A DNA stretch of 64,000 nucleotides from an uncultured Candidatus Peribacteria bacterium (lineage in GTDB: Bacteria; Patescibacteriota; Gracilibacteria; UBA1369): NCBI GenBank assembly GCA_965231025.1, contig OZ246407.1:845512-909511 (forward strand), given 5' to 3'. Positions 47,902 through 55,949 of the stretch are shown piece by piece (the first letter of the stretch is position 1; every line of letters begins with the position of its first letter). The position numbers and the translations under genes were made by a program. The notes below the pieces were generated by a model. It made no database searches and was not told the DNA's origin. It was given only the letters and a program-made list of their open reading frames with translations.

Positions 47902-49824
47902 TCAATCGTTCGGCTTCGCCGGGACATCCTCCCGGGGCGATATAATATCCTGGGTTCTTGACCGTTCGACCAGATCGGCAAGGGATTCATCAAATATTCT
48001 CTGTTTTTCAGCCTCAAGTTTTTCCCTCGTCTCACGTTCAGTGCGTTCTTTTTCAATAAGCTGGTCCAAACGGTCAGCCTCCACCTGCGTGGCTGCGACC
48101 TCCGCTTCAAGAGCAACTTTTTTCCCCTGAAGGATATCCGCCTCCTGCTTTTTTGAAGCCATCTGGGCGCCCAAATTCTGCAACATGACATAATCGTCGC
48201 TATCCATTGCCGCCGTGGATTTGGTGCGTAACATACTGAGATCGGCCCTGAGAGAAACGATTTGGGCACCAACCTCCGCAAGTTCACGGCGTTTTCCAAC
48301 AACCCGTTGAAGCAGCGTCACAAATCGGGCCTGAGATTCTTCCCTTTGCGCTTTGGCCATTTCATCCTCAGCAGGCTGCTGAAAATCCCCCCTCACTTCA
48401 TCGATCAGGCTTGGCAAATCACTGTCTCCGCCGCTGAGTGTACGCTCCAGATTGCGAAAAATCGCCACGTGCGCGTCAAAAATCTTTTGCTGGTTTGGCT
48501 TGGCGGATACGGCGTCGCGTCCGTTAATGGTAACGACCTCTACCGACTGCATGAAATCCTCGATTTTCAAAAGTGAAAACATGACCAGCTTGCGATCATA
48601 ACAGGCCTGGTCCGCGAGAATCTTCCTGGCAGCCTCGATCTCATGGCGGACATACGAATTCCTCTGCGTTTTGGGCAGCCCGGCAATCCATTCCAGAGCC
48701 TGCAAAATGCGCCTGTCGATTTCGAGGTTCAGCTCCCCATTCCTGATATCCACCGTTACATCCAAATCATCCAGTACCGGCATGGGCACGGAATCCGGAA
48801 CTTCATTATCTTCATTCCGGACAATCTTTGCTTCTTCGTGAACTTCAACCCCGGAAGAACAAACCGCCTGTGCGGACCTTCGGTATTCATGGAACGGTCC
48901 TCCATAAACACTGGAAAAATCCGCAAACTGCCGGGTGAAATGATCTCTCGCCCACTTATTACCCGAACAACTATAATCCGGCTTATAATCAACAAATTCA
49001 TCGACAGACATGTTTTGAAAGACCTCAATGAGCCTTGCAGTGACGGTAAAAAGATAACCTTTCGTTTTGGAATCCAGTTTGTCGTTACCAAGGGTATCCC
49101 GCTGCCGCCTCAAAACGGCCAAAACAAAATCCCGTAACTGTTCAAAACTCATCCTATAACCGCGATCGCGTGCACCATCGACAAAACGATCAAGCTTGAG
49201 GAGCCAAGGTACGAAATGCTTAACCTCCTCGTTATACCTTTCAATTTTTCTTGATACATCTTTTGGAAATACCTGACGGTCAAGCAAATCAGTACCTACC
49301 ACTCCTCCATCGAGTGAAATATGACTCGCAATGCCGATCTCGACGGCATGCTTGTAGAGGAAAAAAGTCACGATATTTCCCAGTTGCAATTTGATCAAAG
49401 TCGAAGACGCCTCCCTCTTGTTCCTGTCCTTTTCTTCGATATACAAATCCCGTCCCCCCGTTGAAAAATCATAACCCTCCGCTAGAGATTTCTGTATTTT
49501 ACGTTTGTGGGCACCGACAAGTCCGAGCGCAAAATCTTTAAGTTCCCGGGGCACGCCATCCAGATTTTCCACCGATGAGGCGAACTCCGCGAACTTCGCC
49601 GCCACAGGTTTACAAAGCGATTCCAGGTCTTCCGGGAAATCAATGGAAAACGCAAATGTGCCGGATAATATTGCGGCGAGATCCCGTCGTAAAGCCTGAA
49701 CCCTGTCGCGGACGGCCTGGACGCCTTCATAATCCACGGCAAGCTCAGCATTGACCTCCTGGACGGAAGACTCAAACATGCCCATGAGCGTATCTATTCC
49801 CAATTGTCGGGGTTTCTGTGTCAT
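47902..49824 (-). CDS. 640-aa protein of unknown function, paralogue of genes A and C, C-terminal coiled coil (operon gene B)
   Basis: ATGA start/stop overlap with gene A. Shares the block ILQALEWIAGLPKTQRNSYVRHEIEAARKIL..KLVMFSLLKIEDF with gene A. Confidence 0.7.
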   Translation of the reverse strand: MTQKPRQLGIDTLMGMFESSVQEVNAELAVDYEGVQAVRDRVQALRRDLAAILSGTFAFSIDFPEDLESLCKPVAAKFAEFASSVENLDGVPRELKDFALGLVGAHKRKIQKSLAEGYDFSTGGRDLYIEEKDRNKREASSTLIKLQLGNIVTFFLYKHAVEIGIASHISLDGGVVGTDLLDRQVFPKDVSRKIERYNEEVKHFVPWLLKLDRFVDGARDRGYRMSFEQLRDFVLAVLRRQRDTLGNDKLDSKTKGYLFTVTARLIEVFQNMSVDEFVDYKPDYSCSGNKWARDHFTRQFADFSSVYGGPFHEYRRSAQAVCSSGVEVHEEAKIVRNEDNEVPDSVPMPVLDDLDVTVDIRNGELNLEIDRRILQALEWIAGLPKTQRNSYVRHEIEAARKILADQACYDRKLVMFSLLKIEDFMQSVEVVTINGRDAVSAKPNQQKIFDAHVAIFRNLERTLSGGDSDLPSLIDEVRGDFQQPAEDEMAKAQREESQARFVTLLQRVVGKRRELAEVGAQIVSLRADLSMLRTKSTAAMDSDDYVMLQNLGAQMASKKQEADILQGKKVALEAEVAATQVEADRLDQLIEKERTERETREKLEAEKQRIFDESLADLVERSRTQDIISPREDVPAKPND

Positions 49825-52427
49825 GCTTTTGATGAATGAAATTGGGCCGACTCTTGATAGGTATGCAGAAGCAAAACCCTCACATCACGGACAAATTGAC
49901 GCCTTCTCTGGTGCACCGCCTCAAGCCGGGATTTTACGGAAGCCATCTGCCCGGCCGTTTTTCTCCGCAAGTCGCGTGATTCCACCAAAGCTCCCAGCTC
50001 CTTTTGAATCTCATCGATGCGGGCGTCAATTTCCCCGATGCGGGCTTTCAGTTTCCTGGACTCGGAAATATGAACTCTCATCTCCGTAAAATGATCCTCC
50101 TTCAGCAAAGAAGGGAGTGATTCGAACAAAGCGGACCTCCGACCGTCAGCCAAAGCCTTTTCCGCAAATAAACCGGCACGTTCGCTTTCAAACGACAGTA
50201 TTGCCTGTTCAGCGCCGTCAACCCCATCGCCAAAATCGGATTCAAGCCTGAAATACTCTTCCTCAAGACCTGAAATGACAGCCTGAAATTCCCGCAGCCT
50301 TTCCTGCACGATTCTTGCGGAAGCGCTTCTGGCAGGATTTTCAAAACTCAATTCCCTGAAAATCCTGACGTACAGGGACATCAGCTCATCACTGTCCAGA
50401 CTCGTGCTGAACGCCTTGGTCGTTTCCTCAAAATCAATTTGGTCACGGAATGCCTCCAGTTTGAGGAGTGCGTAAGTGACGAGACTTTTGGGATGCTCCT
50501 CCGGGGCAGAAAGTACCTGGATCAATGCGGCGATTTCATGCCTTATATAAGTCTTTTTTTGCATTTCCGGGAACTGTCCGAACCATTCAACCACCGATTG
50601 AATACGCGTCTCCCTACCGGCAATCACGGGATCCGGCAAAACCGGGGCCTCAACGGGCCCCGACTCGCCGCCGGTAACGTCTTCATTGGCATCTTCGGTG
50701 ACCGCGTCGCCGGTAACGTCTTCGGACGCCACCTCGCAGGTTACGCTTTCGGCCGCCTGCACCGGCTCTTCCTCAGGTTGAGCCGCCGGCTTTTCCCCAA
50801 CTGCTTTTGCATCCAAAACATCCTTCCATAATGCGGCCTTGCAGGGAGTCGGATCAAATGCATACATCGACATGCGGAGGTTGACGGCCTGCAAAACACC
50901 CGGAGCCATACCCTCAAACCGCATTGCTCCAAAATCCTCAATCGGCATGTGTGCAATTCGTGCAATAACTTTCTCAAGAAGTTCCTGCTTTTTTTGAGTA
51001 TGGCCGCATAATTTCGATTTCGAGTTCGACTGAACGTATGTGGACAATCGTGACCCTAAAAACTCAAGGACTCTATCCCTCAACTGACCCAACCCAAACC
51101 CTTCGGCGGCCCCCTGGTTCAACAAAGGTTTTACCTGCTCATCAACGATCTGCAACGTTTTCCATAGAAACGTATCGACAGTCTTGAAATCAACGATCAG
51201 AGTGGCATCATTGGCATGAAGGTCATTACATCTTGTGCAGCAGTACAACCCCTGCTGTAGTGCCTCGGTAAAAAAAGGTTCATAGATCAAAAGCGCGAGC
51301 CGGTTGGAAAACTCATCCGGACTCTCCCTGTAAGCATCAGGAATCGGCTGAAAAGGTGAAGGTGGAGCTTCCGGTAAAGGGGAAACTTCCGGTGAAGCCG
51401 CTGGGGGCTCGCATTCAACGACCGGGACATCCGCGTCTGTCCCCGGTACCTGGACCTGCGGAACTCCAAGAGCGGATACCGCGGAATCCGGATCGCATTC
51501 ATCAACCTCTGCGCAAAGATTCCGGAGCTCATGTCTTTTCATCCCATCAAGAACTTTTTTTCTGTAAAAAGCCCTGGTATTCCCGAAAATCGCTGAAAAC
51601 TTCGGATGAATCCCGGCCTCCAAAAAATCACTTTCAGCCAGATGTTCCGTGTCCGTAAAAACCCCGTTGGCAAAATCTCTCAGTTCAGCAAGCGCCGGGC
51701 CTTTTATTCCGTAACACATCTTCAAATTCCCGCGCCTTTTGTTTAAAAAATTACGGAACGTGCGAACCAGATCTGAAAACCGGAAAGGTTTCTTCAAATA
51801 CTGCATGTGCTTCACATCTTCGATAATTTTATTCAACGCATCGTCAGCGAGCTGCTGCATGACATTGAGAAGGTCCTGATCGGAGGTACTCTTCGTATGA
51901 ATTCTCTCGCATCTCCCGCACAAATATCCACCTTTGTCCTCATAAACGGGAGACAAAAGCTTCGAAAAATAGATTTGAAACTGAAGCAACGCGGGTTCCA
52001 GGTTATACATGTAATCATCTCCCAACTCCAACTTCTGCTCCCCCATCTCCAAATCATACTTCTCACCAATCATTGCTTTCACCTTGCGGCGTTCGCTGAA
52101 AATAGCCCCGGTGAGATCGGTAACAACCATCGGAGAAAGCCCATACTTGGCCGCCGCTTCCTCCATGCTCGTTTTAACCGTGGCACCGATTAACTCACAG
52201 ACATGATCTAATTCAGACTGCCTCCCGATAGCCCCCGGAACCGCTTGACCTATTGAAGCGATAACATCGTCTCTTATTCGAGCCAAAGTCTTAACAATAA
52301 GCAGACTTTCCTCAGATACATCATAAGAACCGGCAATTTCGCTGTATGAAGCAGCGACGGCCTTGGTCAGGTAGTTCTGGCTTAAAATAGTCTGTTTTTT
52401 TGCCTCAGCACGCACAATTACGTACAA
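49821..52427 (-). CDS. 868-aa protein of unknown function with an internal duplication and C-terminal coiled coil (operon gene A)
   Basis: The first possible start is the TTG at 52427 (alternative GTG at 52415). Two repeat modules carry C(G/T)RC..(I/L)H. Acidic/Pro-rich linkers. Contains the block IQSVVEWFGQFPEMQKKTYIRHEIAALIQVL. Confidence 0.7.
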   Translation of the reverse strand: MYVIVRAEAKKQTILSQNYLTKAVAASYSEIAGSYDVSEESLLIVKTLARIRDDVIASIGQAVPGAIGRQSELDHVCELIGATVKTSMEEAAAKYGLSPMVVTDLTGAIFSERRKVKAMIGEKYDLEMGEQKLELGDDYMYNLEPALLQFQIYFSKLLSPVYEDKGGYLCGRCERIHTKSTSDQDLLNVMQQLADDALNKIIEDVKHMQYLKKPFRFSDLVRTFRNFLNKRRGNLKMCYGIKGPALAELRDFANGVFTDTEHLAESDFLEAGIHPKFSAIFGNTRAFYRKKVLDGMKRHELRNLCAEVDECDPDSAVSALGVPQVQVPGTDADVPVVECEPPAASPEVSPLPEAPPSPFQPIPDAYRESPDEFSNRLALLIYEPFFTEALQQGLYCCTRCNDLHANDATLIVDFKTVDTFLWKTLQIVDEQVKPLLNQGAAEGFGLGQLRDRVLEFLGSRLSTYVQSNSKSKLCGHTQKKQELLEKVIARIAHMPIEDFGAMRFEGMAPGVLQAVNLRMSMYAFDPTPCKAALWKDVLDAKAVGEKPAAQPEEEPVQAAESVTCEVASEDVTGDAVTEDANEDVTGGESGPVEAPVLPDPVIAGRETRIQSVVEWFGQFPEMQKKTYIRHEIAALIQVLSAPEEHPKSLVTYALLKLEAFRDQIDFEETTKAFSTSLDSDELMSLYVRIFRELSFENPARSASARIVQERLREFQAVISGLEEEYFRLESDFGDGVDGAEQAILSFESERAGLFAEKALADGRRSALFESLPSLLKEDHFTEMRVHISESRKLKARIGEIDARIDEIQKELGALVESRDLRRKTAGQMASVKSRLEAVHQRRRQFVRDVRVLLLHTYQESAQFHSSKA

Positions 52428-52438
52428 AAAAGGAGGTT

Positions 52439-52466
52439 ATTATAAATAAAAATACGTATTTGTCAA
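52439..52466 (-). promoter_or_regulatory. near-consensus sigma70 promoter of the four-gene operon
   Basis: Minus strand TTGACA (52461-52466), 16-nt spacer, TATAAT (52439-52444). The -10 ends 11 nt upstream of the first possible start codon. Confidence 0.55.
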
Positions 52467-52546
52467 TAGGCAGTTGGAAACCACAAAAACTGCCAAAAAG
52501 CATGACAAAACCATGAAAACCTTATCAGATCGCGCCATACTGAAAA

Positions 52547-53137
52547 CTACATCACCAAGCCCGCTTTTTGGGCACAATCCAGAATAACCTTTTCGACGTC
52601 TCCGACACACAGGGGAATCTTGTTTTCCAGACTCCAAACCTGGTAGTCAAAAAGGTCGGCCGCCGCCATCTCGCGCTGGGCGCTTTCCATGCGCCGCTGC
52701 AGCTCCTCTTCGGGAAGTTTCCCCCGCTTTGCAATGCGTTCAAGCAGTTTCTCGGGACTTTCCGCTTTCAAAAAGATCGTCACCAGATTTTCCCTGGGCA
52801 TCACCTTCCGGATCGAATGAAACCCCTGGACATCAACTTCCCTCACCACGATTTTACCGGCCTCCAGCGAATCGATGATCGGCTTCTTCAACGTCCCGTA
52901 ATAGTCCTTCTTATGGACCTGGGCCCATTCCAGAAAATTGCCCTTATCGATTTCGGACTTAAACCTCTGCTCACTGATGAAGTGGTACACCTCACCGTCC
53001 TTTTCCCCCGGCCGGATAGCTCGCGTCGTATGGGAAATCGGAAAAACAAACCGGGGATATTTTTCCTTGAGGGCGCGGATAACCGTCCCTTTTCCAACGC
53101 CCGACGGACCTGAAATAATAAAGAGAATTCCTTTCAT
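52547..53137 (-). CDS. gmk: guanylate kinase
   Basis: ATG at 53137 (MKGILFIISGPSGVGKGTV). The track's 41-aa N-terminal extension is rejected. Has TTR..R.GE.DG..Y.F. Confidence 0.92.
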   Translation of the reverse strand: MKGILFIISGPSGVGKGTVIRALKEKYPRFVFPISHTTRAIRPGEKDGEVYHFISEQRFKSEIDKGNFLEWAQVHKKDYYGTLKKPIIDSLEAGKIVVREVDVQGFHSIRKVMPRENLVTIFLKAESPEKLLERIAKRGKLPEEELQRRMESAQREMAAADLFDYQVWSLENKIPLCVGDVEKVILDCAQKAGLVM

Positions 53138-53259
53138 GGCTCCGCCTGCGAGGCTATTGACTAAAAAGTAAGAATATTTTATAATACTATAATGCTCTGA
53201 AGCACCAAAACCAAGTATAGCAAAAAAAAACTCATCCGTCGCAACCCCTTCTAAGAGCA

Positions 53260-53288
53260 TTGAAGAAAACGGGAAAAAATGCTAGAAT
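53260..53288 (+). promoter_or_regulatory. sigma70-type promoter facing the noncoding interval
   Basis: TTGAAG (53260-53265), 17-nt spacer, TAGAAT (53283-53288). Confidence 0.45.
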
Positions 53289-53294
53289 AATGAG

Positions 53295-53819
53295 ATAACA
53301 AAAAGCAAAAAATGTTCCTTGAAAACTAAAACCAACGTCGAAAAGTAGTCAGACACAAGCTATCCGGTGGAAAATGGCTTCTGCCTCCCTACTTTTCGAT
53401 GCAGTCGGCGCGACAACCGACTCACCTAAAGTAGCCTCCGTCACTACCGCCCGCCGAATATTCTTTTGCGGGCCGACGGCAGGAACTTACCCCGAGCACA
53501 CAGTGCTCAACAAAACAAAAACACACTCAACCAAAAAGTTTACTTCTCCTCGCTTCGGCCGGGAGAGAAACACAAAAAACCAAAATACAAATGGACGGCG
53601 GTGTAACCAGCGTCCTAAAATAATGCACCAAAGAACGGTAGGGAGCAAAGTTTTTCAGCATTCATGCTGAAAGACGGTAACAGGGCACATTTGTTCGCGG
53701 CCTTGTTGCCAACCGCTCCTTGATCTTCTTTATCCTCAGCGCTTCGAAAACAAGCAGCTGATAGGGTAAGATCAGAGAGCTATAAAAGGACCAGCATCTT
53801 TACGAAGCTGGTCCTTTTT
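53295..53819 (+). ncRNA. candidate large structured ncRNA (~0.5 kb), unclassified
   Basis: At least 9 hairpins or helices lie between the promoter and an intrinsic terminator. Helices at 53676-53685/53701-53710 and 53715-53734/53760-53780 contain G-U pairs that work only in the plus sense. A/C-rich single-stranded linkers. There is no credible ORF and no downstream plus-strand gene. Confidence 0.45.
53784..53819. terminator. bidirectional intrinsic terminator (candidate ncRNA on plus strand, ssb on minus strand)
   Basis: aaaaggaccagc (53784-53795) pairs with gctggtcctttt (53807-53818). T-runs follow on both strands. Confidence 0.7.
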
Positions 53820-53845
53820 CCTATGCCCCACAAGGGTCAGTTCAA

Positions 53846-54340
53846 TTAAAACGGAAGATCCTCAATCGCAACCTCATCGGCGGCGCCTGCGGCAACGGCC
53901 GGCCCCATGTCCACGCCTTCGGCCGCCTGATTTTGCTGAATCCCGGCGGCTTTGCGCGGAGCGCCAGTGTATCCGCCGCCCATTTCATCATCCCCGGACG
54001 AAGCGCCTTTTCTATCGAGAATAATGACATTTTCGGCAACAATTTCCGTCCGGTAGCGTTTCACGCCGTCTTCGCCCTCCCAATCGCGGGTCTGCATGCG
54101 TCCTTCGACATAAACCTTTGTCCCCTTCTTCACATACTGTCCAACGATTTCAGCGAGCCTTCTCCAGACCACGACGTTGTGGAACTCAGCCTTCTCCTGT
54201 TTCTGGCCAGACTGGTCCTTCCAGACAAAGTTCGTCGCGACGCTGAAAGAGGCCACGGTCTGTCCTCCCGGAATCTGGCGGAGTTCCGGATCGCGGGTAA
54301 CGTTCCCGATAATCTGGGCACGGTTCAATGACATTGCCAT
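53846..54340 (-). CDS. ssb: single-stranded DNA-binding protein
   Basis: Start MAMSLNRAQIIGNVTRDPELR (ATG at 54340 or 54334). OB fold, Gly/Ala-rich tail, and a C-terminal acidic tip IEDLPF. Confidence 0.92.
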   Translation of the reverse strand: MAMSLNRAQIIGNVTRDPELRQIPGGQTVASFSVATNFVWKDQSGQKQEKAEFHNVVVWRRLAEIVGQYVKKGTKVYVEGRMQTRDWEGEDGVKRYRTEIVAENVIILDRKGASSGDDEMGGGYTGAPRKAAGIQQNQAAEGVDMGPAVAAGAADEVAIEDLPF

Positions 54341-54464
54341 ACTGGTGTGAATTAAAAAATGATATGCCAAACAAGCAAAAGCTACTATATAAACTCGGCC
54401 ATGCCAAAACAAGCAAGTTACGCTTGCCAAAATATCGCATTAATGTTGACCTCCGCTTCCCCCG

Positions 54465-54647
54465 TCACGCCGGCTCGCAATTCACATCGGGAATCGGCTT
54501 CAACAAGGATTTGTTCAGTTCAATCTGCTCATACCTTCCGAAAAAATACCCATACCCGAAAGCAAGAACGAACAGCACAAAAACAGCCACCGCCCATAAA
54601 ACCAAATTCCGCCGGGACCATTGAACCGTTTGATGTTGCTTTTTCAT
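54465..54647 (-). CDS. possible 60-aa single-TM protein
   Basis: The internal ATG at 54647 gives MKKQHQTVQWSRRNLVLWAVAVFVLFVLAFGYGYFFG. The longer track ORF overlaps the divergent gene and is rejected. Confidence 0.3.
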   Translation of the reverse strand: MKKQHQTVQWSRRNLVLWAVAVFVLFVLAFGYGYFFGRYEQIELNKSLLKPIPDVNCEPA

Positions 54648-54671
54648 AAAAACATGAAATGATACACGGGT

Positions 54672-55925
54672 ATGACAACCTACGCATTTATTCTTGGCCG
54701 GAAACACCTGCTTTCCATAGCAGAACTCTGCACCGTACTGGGCTCCGTAAAGGGATCGAAAATCATCGACCTCGTCCCGGAAGCCCTCATCGCGGAACTC
54801 CCGCAGCCCCTCGCCAATCCGCAAGAGAGCCTGAACCGTCTTGGCGGAACCATCAGCATCGCAGAAATTTTCAGCCAGTCAAAAAAAGATAAGTCTGCCA
54901 TCGTCCCGGCAGTCGGCGAATTTCTGACGACAAAATTCCAGGGAAGACCGAACAAGCTCAATTACGGAATAAGCCTCTCCAGTTTTACAGAAAGACATGA
55001 AGAAATTTTAAAAAGAACCTTAATTTCCCTTAAAAAAGAACTGGTCAAAGCGGAAATTAAATCCCGTTTCATCAACAAGAACTTCAAAAATCCCGAAAGC
55101 GCCGCCATACACGGAGAAGAACTCCTCAAAGACGGTTCCCACATCACTGTCATTCAGGGCAATAACCACTATTTCTACGGTGAAACGAAAGCGCTCCAGG
55201 ACATTGAAAAATACAGCCAGCGCGACTATCAACGGCCGGGCCGGGACCCCCACCTGGGCATGCTCCCTCCAAAACTGGCCCAGATGATGATCAACCTCGC
55301 CGGAAAAACCCCGCTGGAAGAAAAAATCCCGGACAACAGCCTGCTCTATGACCCGTTCACCGGCATTGGGACGGTACTCACCGAAGGACTGCTCCTGGGA
55401 TTCAACGCGCTCGGTTCCGACATCAACGAACAAGCACTCCAAAAAGCCCACAATAACATCGACTGGATGATAAGGAAATACAACATCCTCACCCCCCAGC
55501 CCCGGCTCTTCATCAAAGACGCGACCCAGCTCACCAAAAAAGAGATACCCCAGTCCCCCGCCCTCATCGTGACTGAATCGTACCTTGGACCTCCGGTAAG
55601 CCAGTTCCCCGTCCCGGAAAACATCAGAAAAACCTTCAGCAGTATCCACGAAACGCTGTTCAGATTTTTCAGAACGGTCAAGCCGCTCATAGACAAAGAG
55701 ACCCCCGTCGTCATCAGTTTCCTGGCCTACAAACGCAAGGACCGGTACTTCTTCCTGGAAGACCTGGTTGAAGAAATTGCGCAAATGGGATACCGGGCAG
55801 AACCGCTCATTCCCCATGAAATCAGCAAAAAATACGGCTTGAAGGTCTACGAGCGGCTGGGACTCATCTATGACCGTCCGGACCAGATCGTCTGCCGCGA
55901 GATATGGAAGTTCGTCAAAACATAA
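54672..55925 (+). CDS. putative RNA methyltransferase (UPF0020/Trm11-like, THUMP-like N-terminus)
   Basis: Class I MTase motif LLYDPFTGIGTVLTEG..LG....GSDI followed by IVTESYLGPP, in place of the D/NPPY-type motif IV. Confidence 0.55.
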   Translation: MTTYAFILGRKHLLSIAELCTVLGSVKGSKIIDLVPEALIAELPQPLANPQESLNRLGGTISIAEIFSQSKKDKSAIVPAVGEFLTTKFQGRPNKLNYGISLSSFTERHEEILKRTLISLKKELVKAEIKSRFINKNFKNPESAAIHGEELLKDGSHITVIQGNNHYFYGETKALQDIEKYSQRDYQRPGRDPHLGMLPPKLAQMMINLAGKTPLEEKIPDNSLLYDPFTGIGTVLTEGLLLGFNALGSDINEQALQKAHNNIDWMIRKYNILTPQPRLFIKDATQLTKKEIPQSPALIVTESYLGPPVSQFPVPENIRKTFSSIHETLFRFFRTVKPLIDKETPVVISFLAYKRKDRYFFLEDLVEEIAQMGYRAEPLIPHEISKKYGLKVYERLGLIYDRPDQIVCREIWKFVKT

Positions 55926-55949
55926 ACCATAATAAAATAATCTTCCCCC

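Noticed and set aside
52429-52436. AAAGGAGG Shine-Dalgarno-like sequence next to the operon start
   Set aside because: It is on the plus strand, whereas the operon is on the minus strand. No plus-strand ORF follows it.
52469-52494. Hairpin ggcagtt/aactgcc after gmk as an intrinsic terminator
   Set aside because: On the gmk (minus) strand the stem is followed by tattgaca rather than a T-run, and it abuts the -35 of the operon promoter. Read-through from gmk cannot be excluded, so it is not called as a terminator.
53374-53670. 98-aa plus-strand ORF inside the candidate structured RNA
   Set aside because: The predicted protein is basic, low-complexity and Thr/Lys/Arg-rich, with no ribosome-binding context. 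The ORF runs straight through multiple stable helices. I cannot formally exclude translation.
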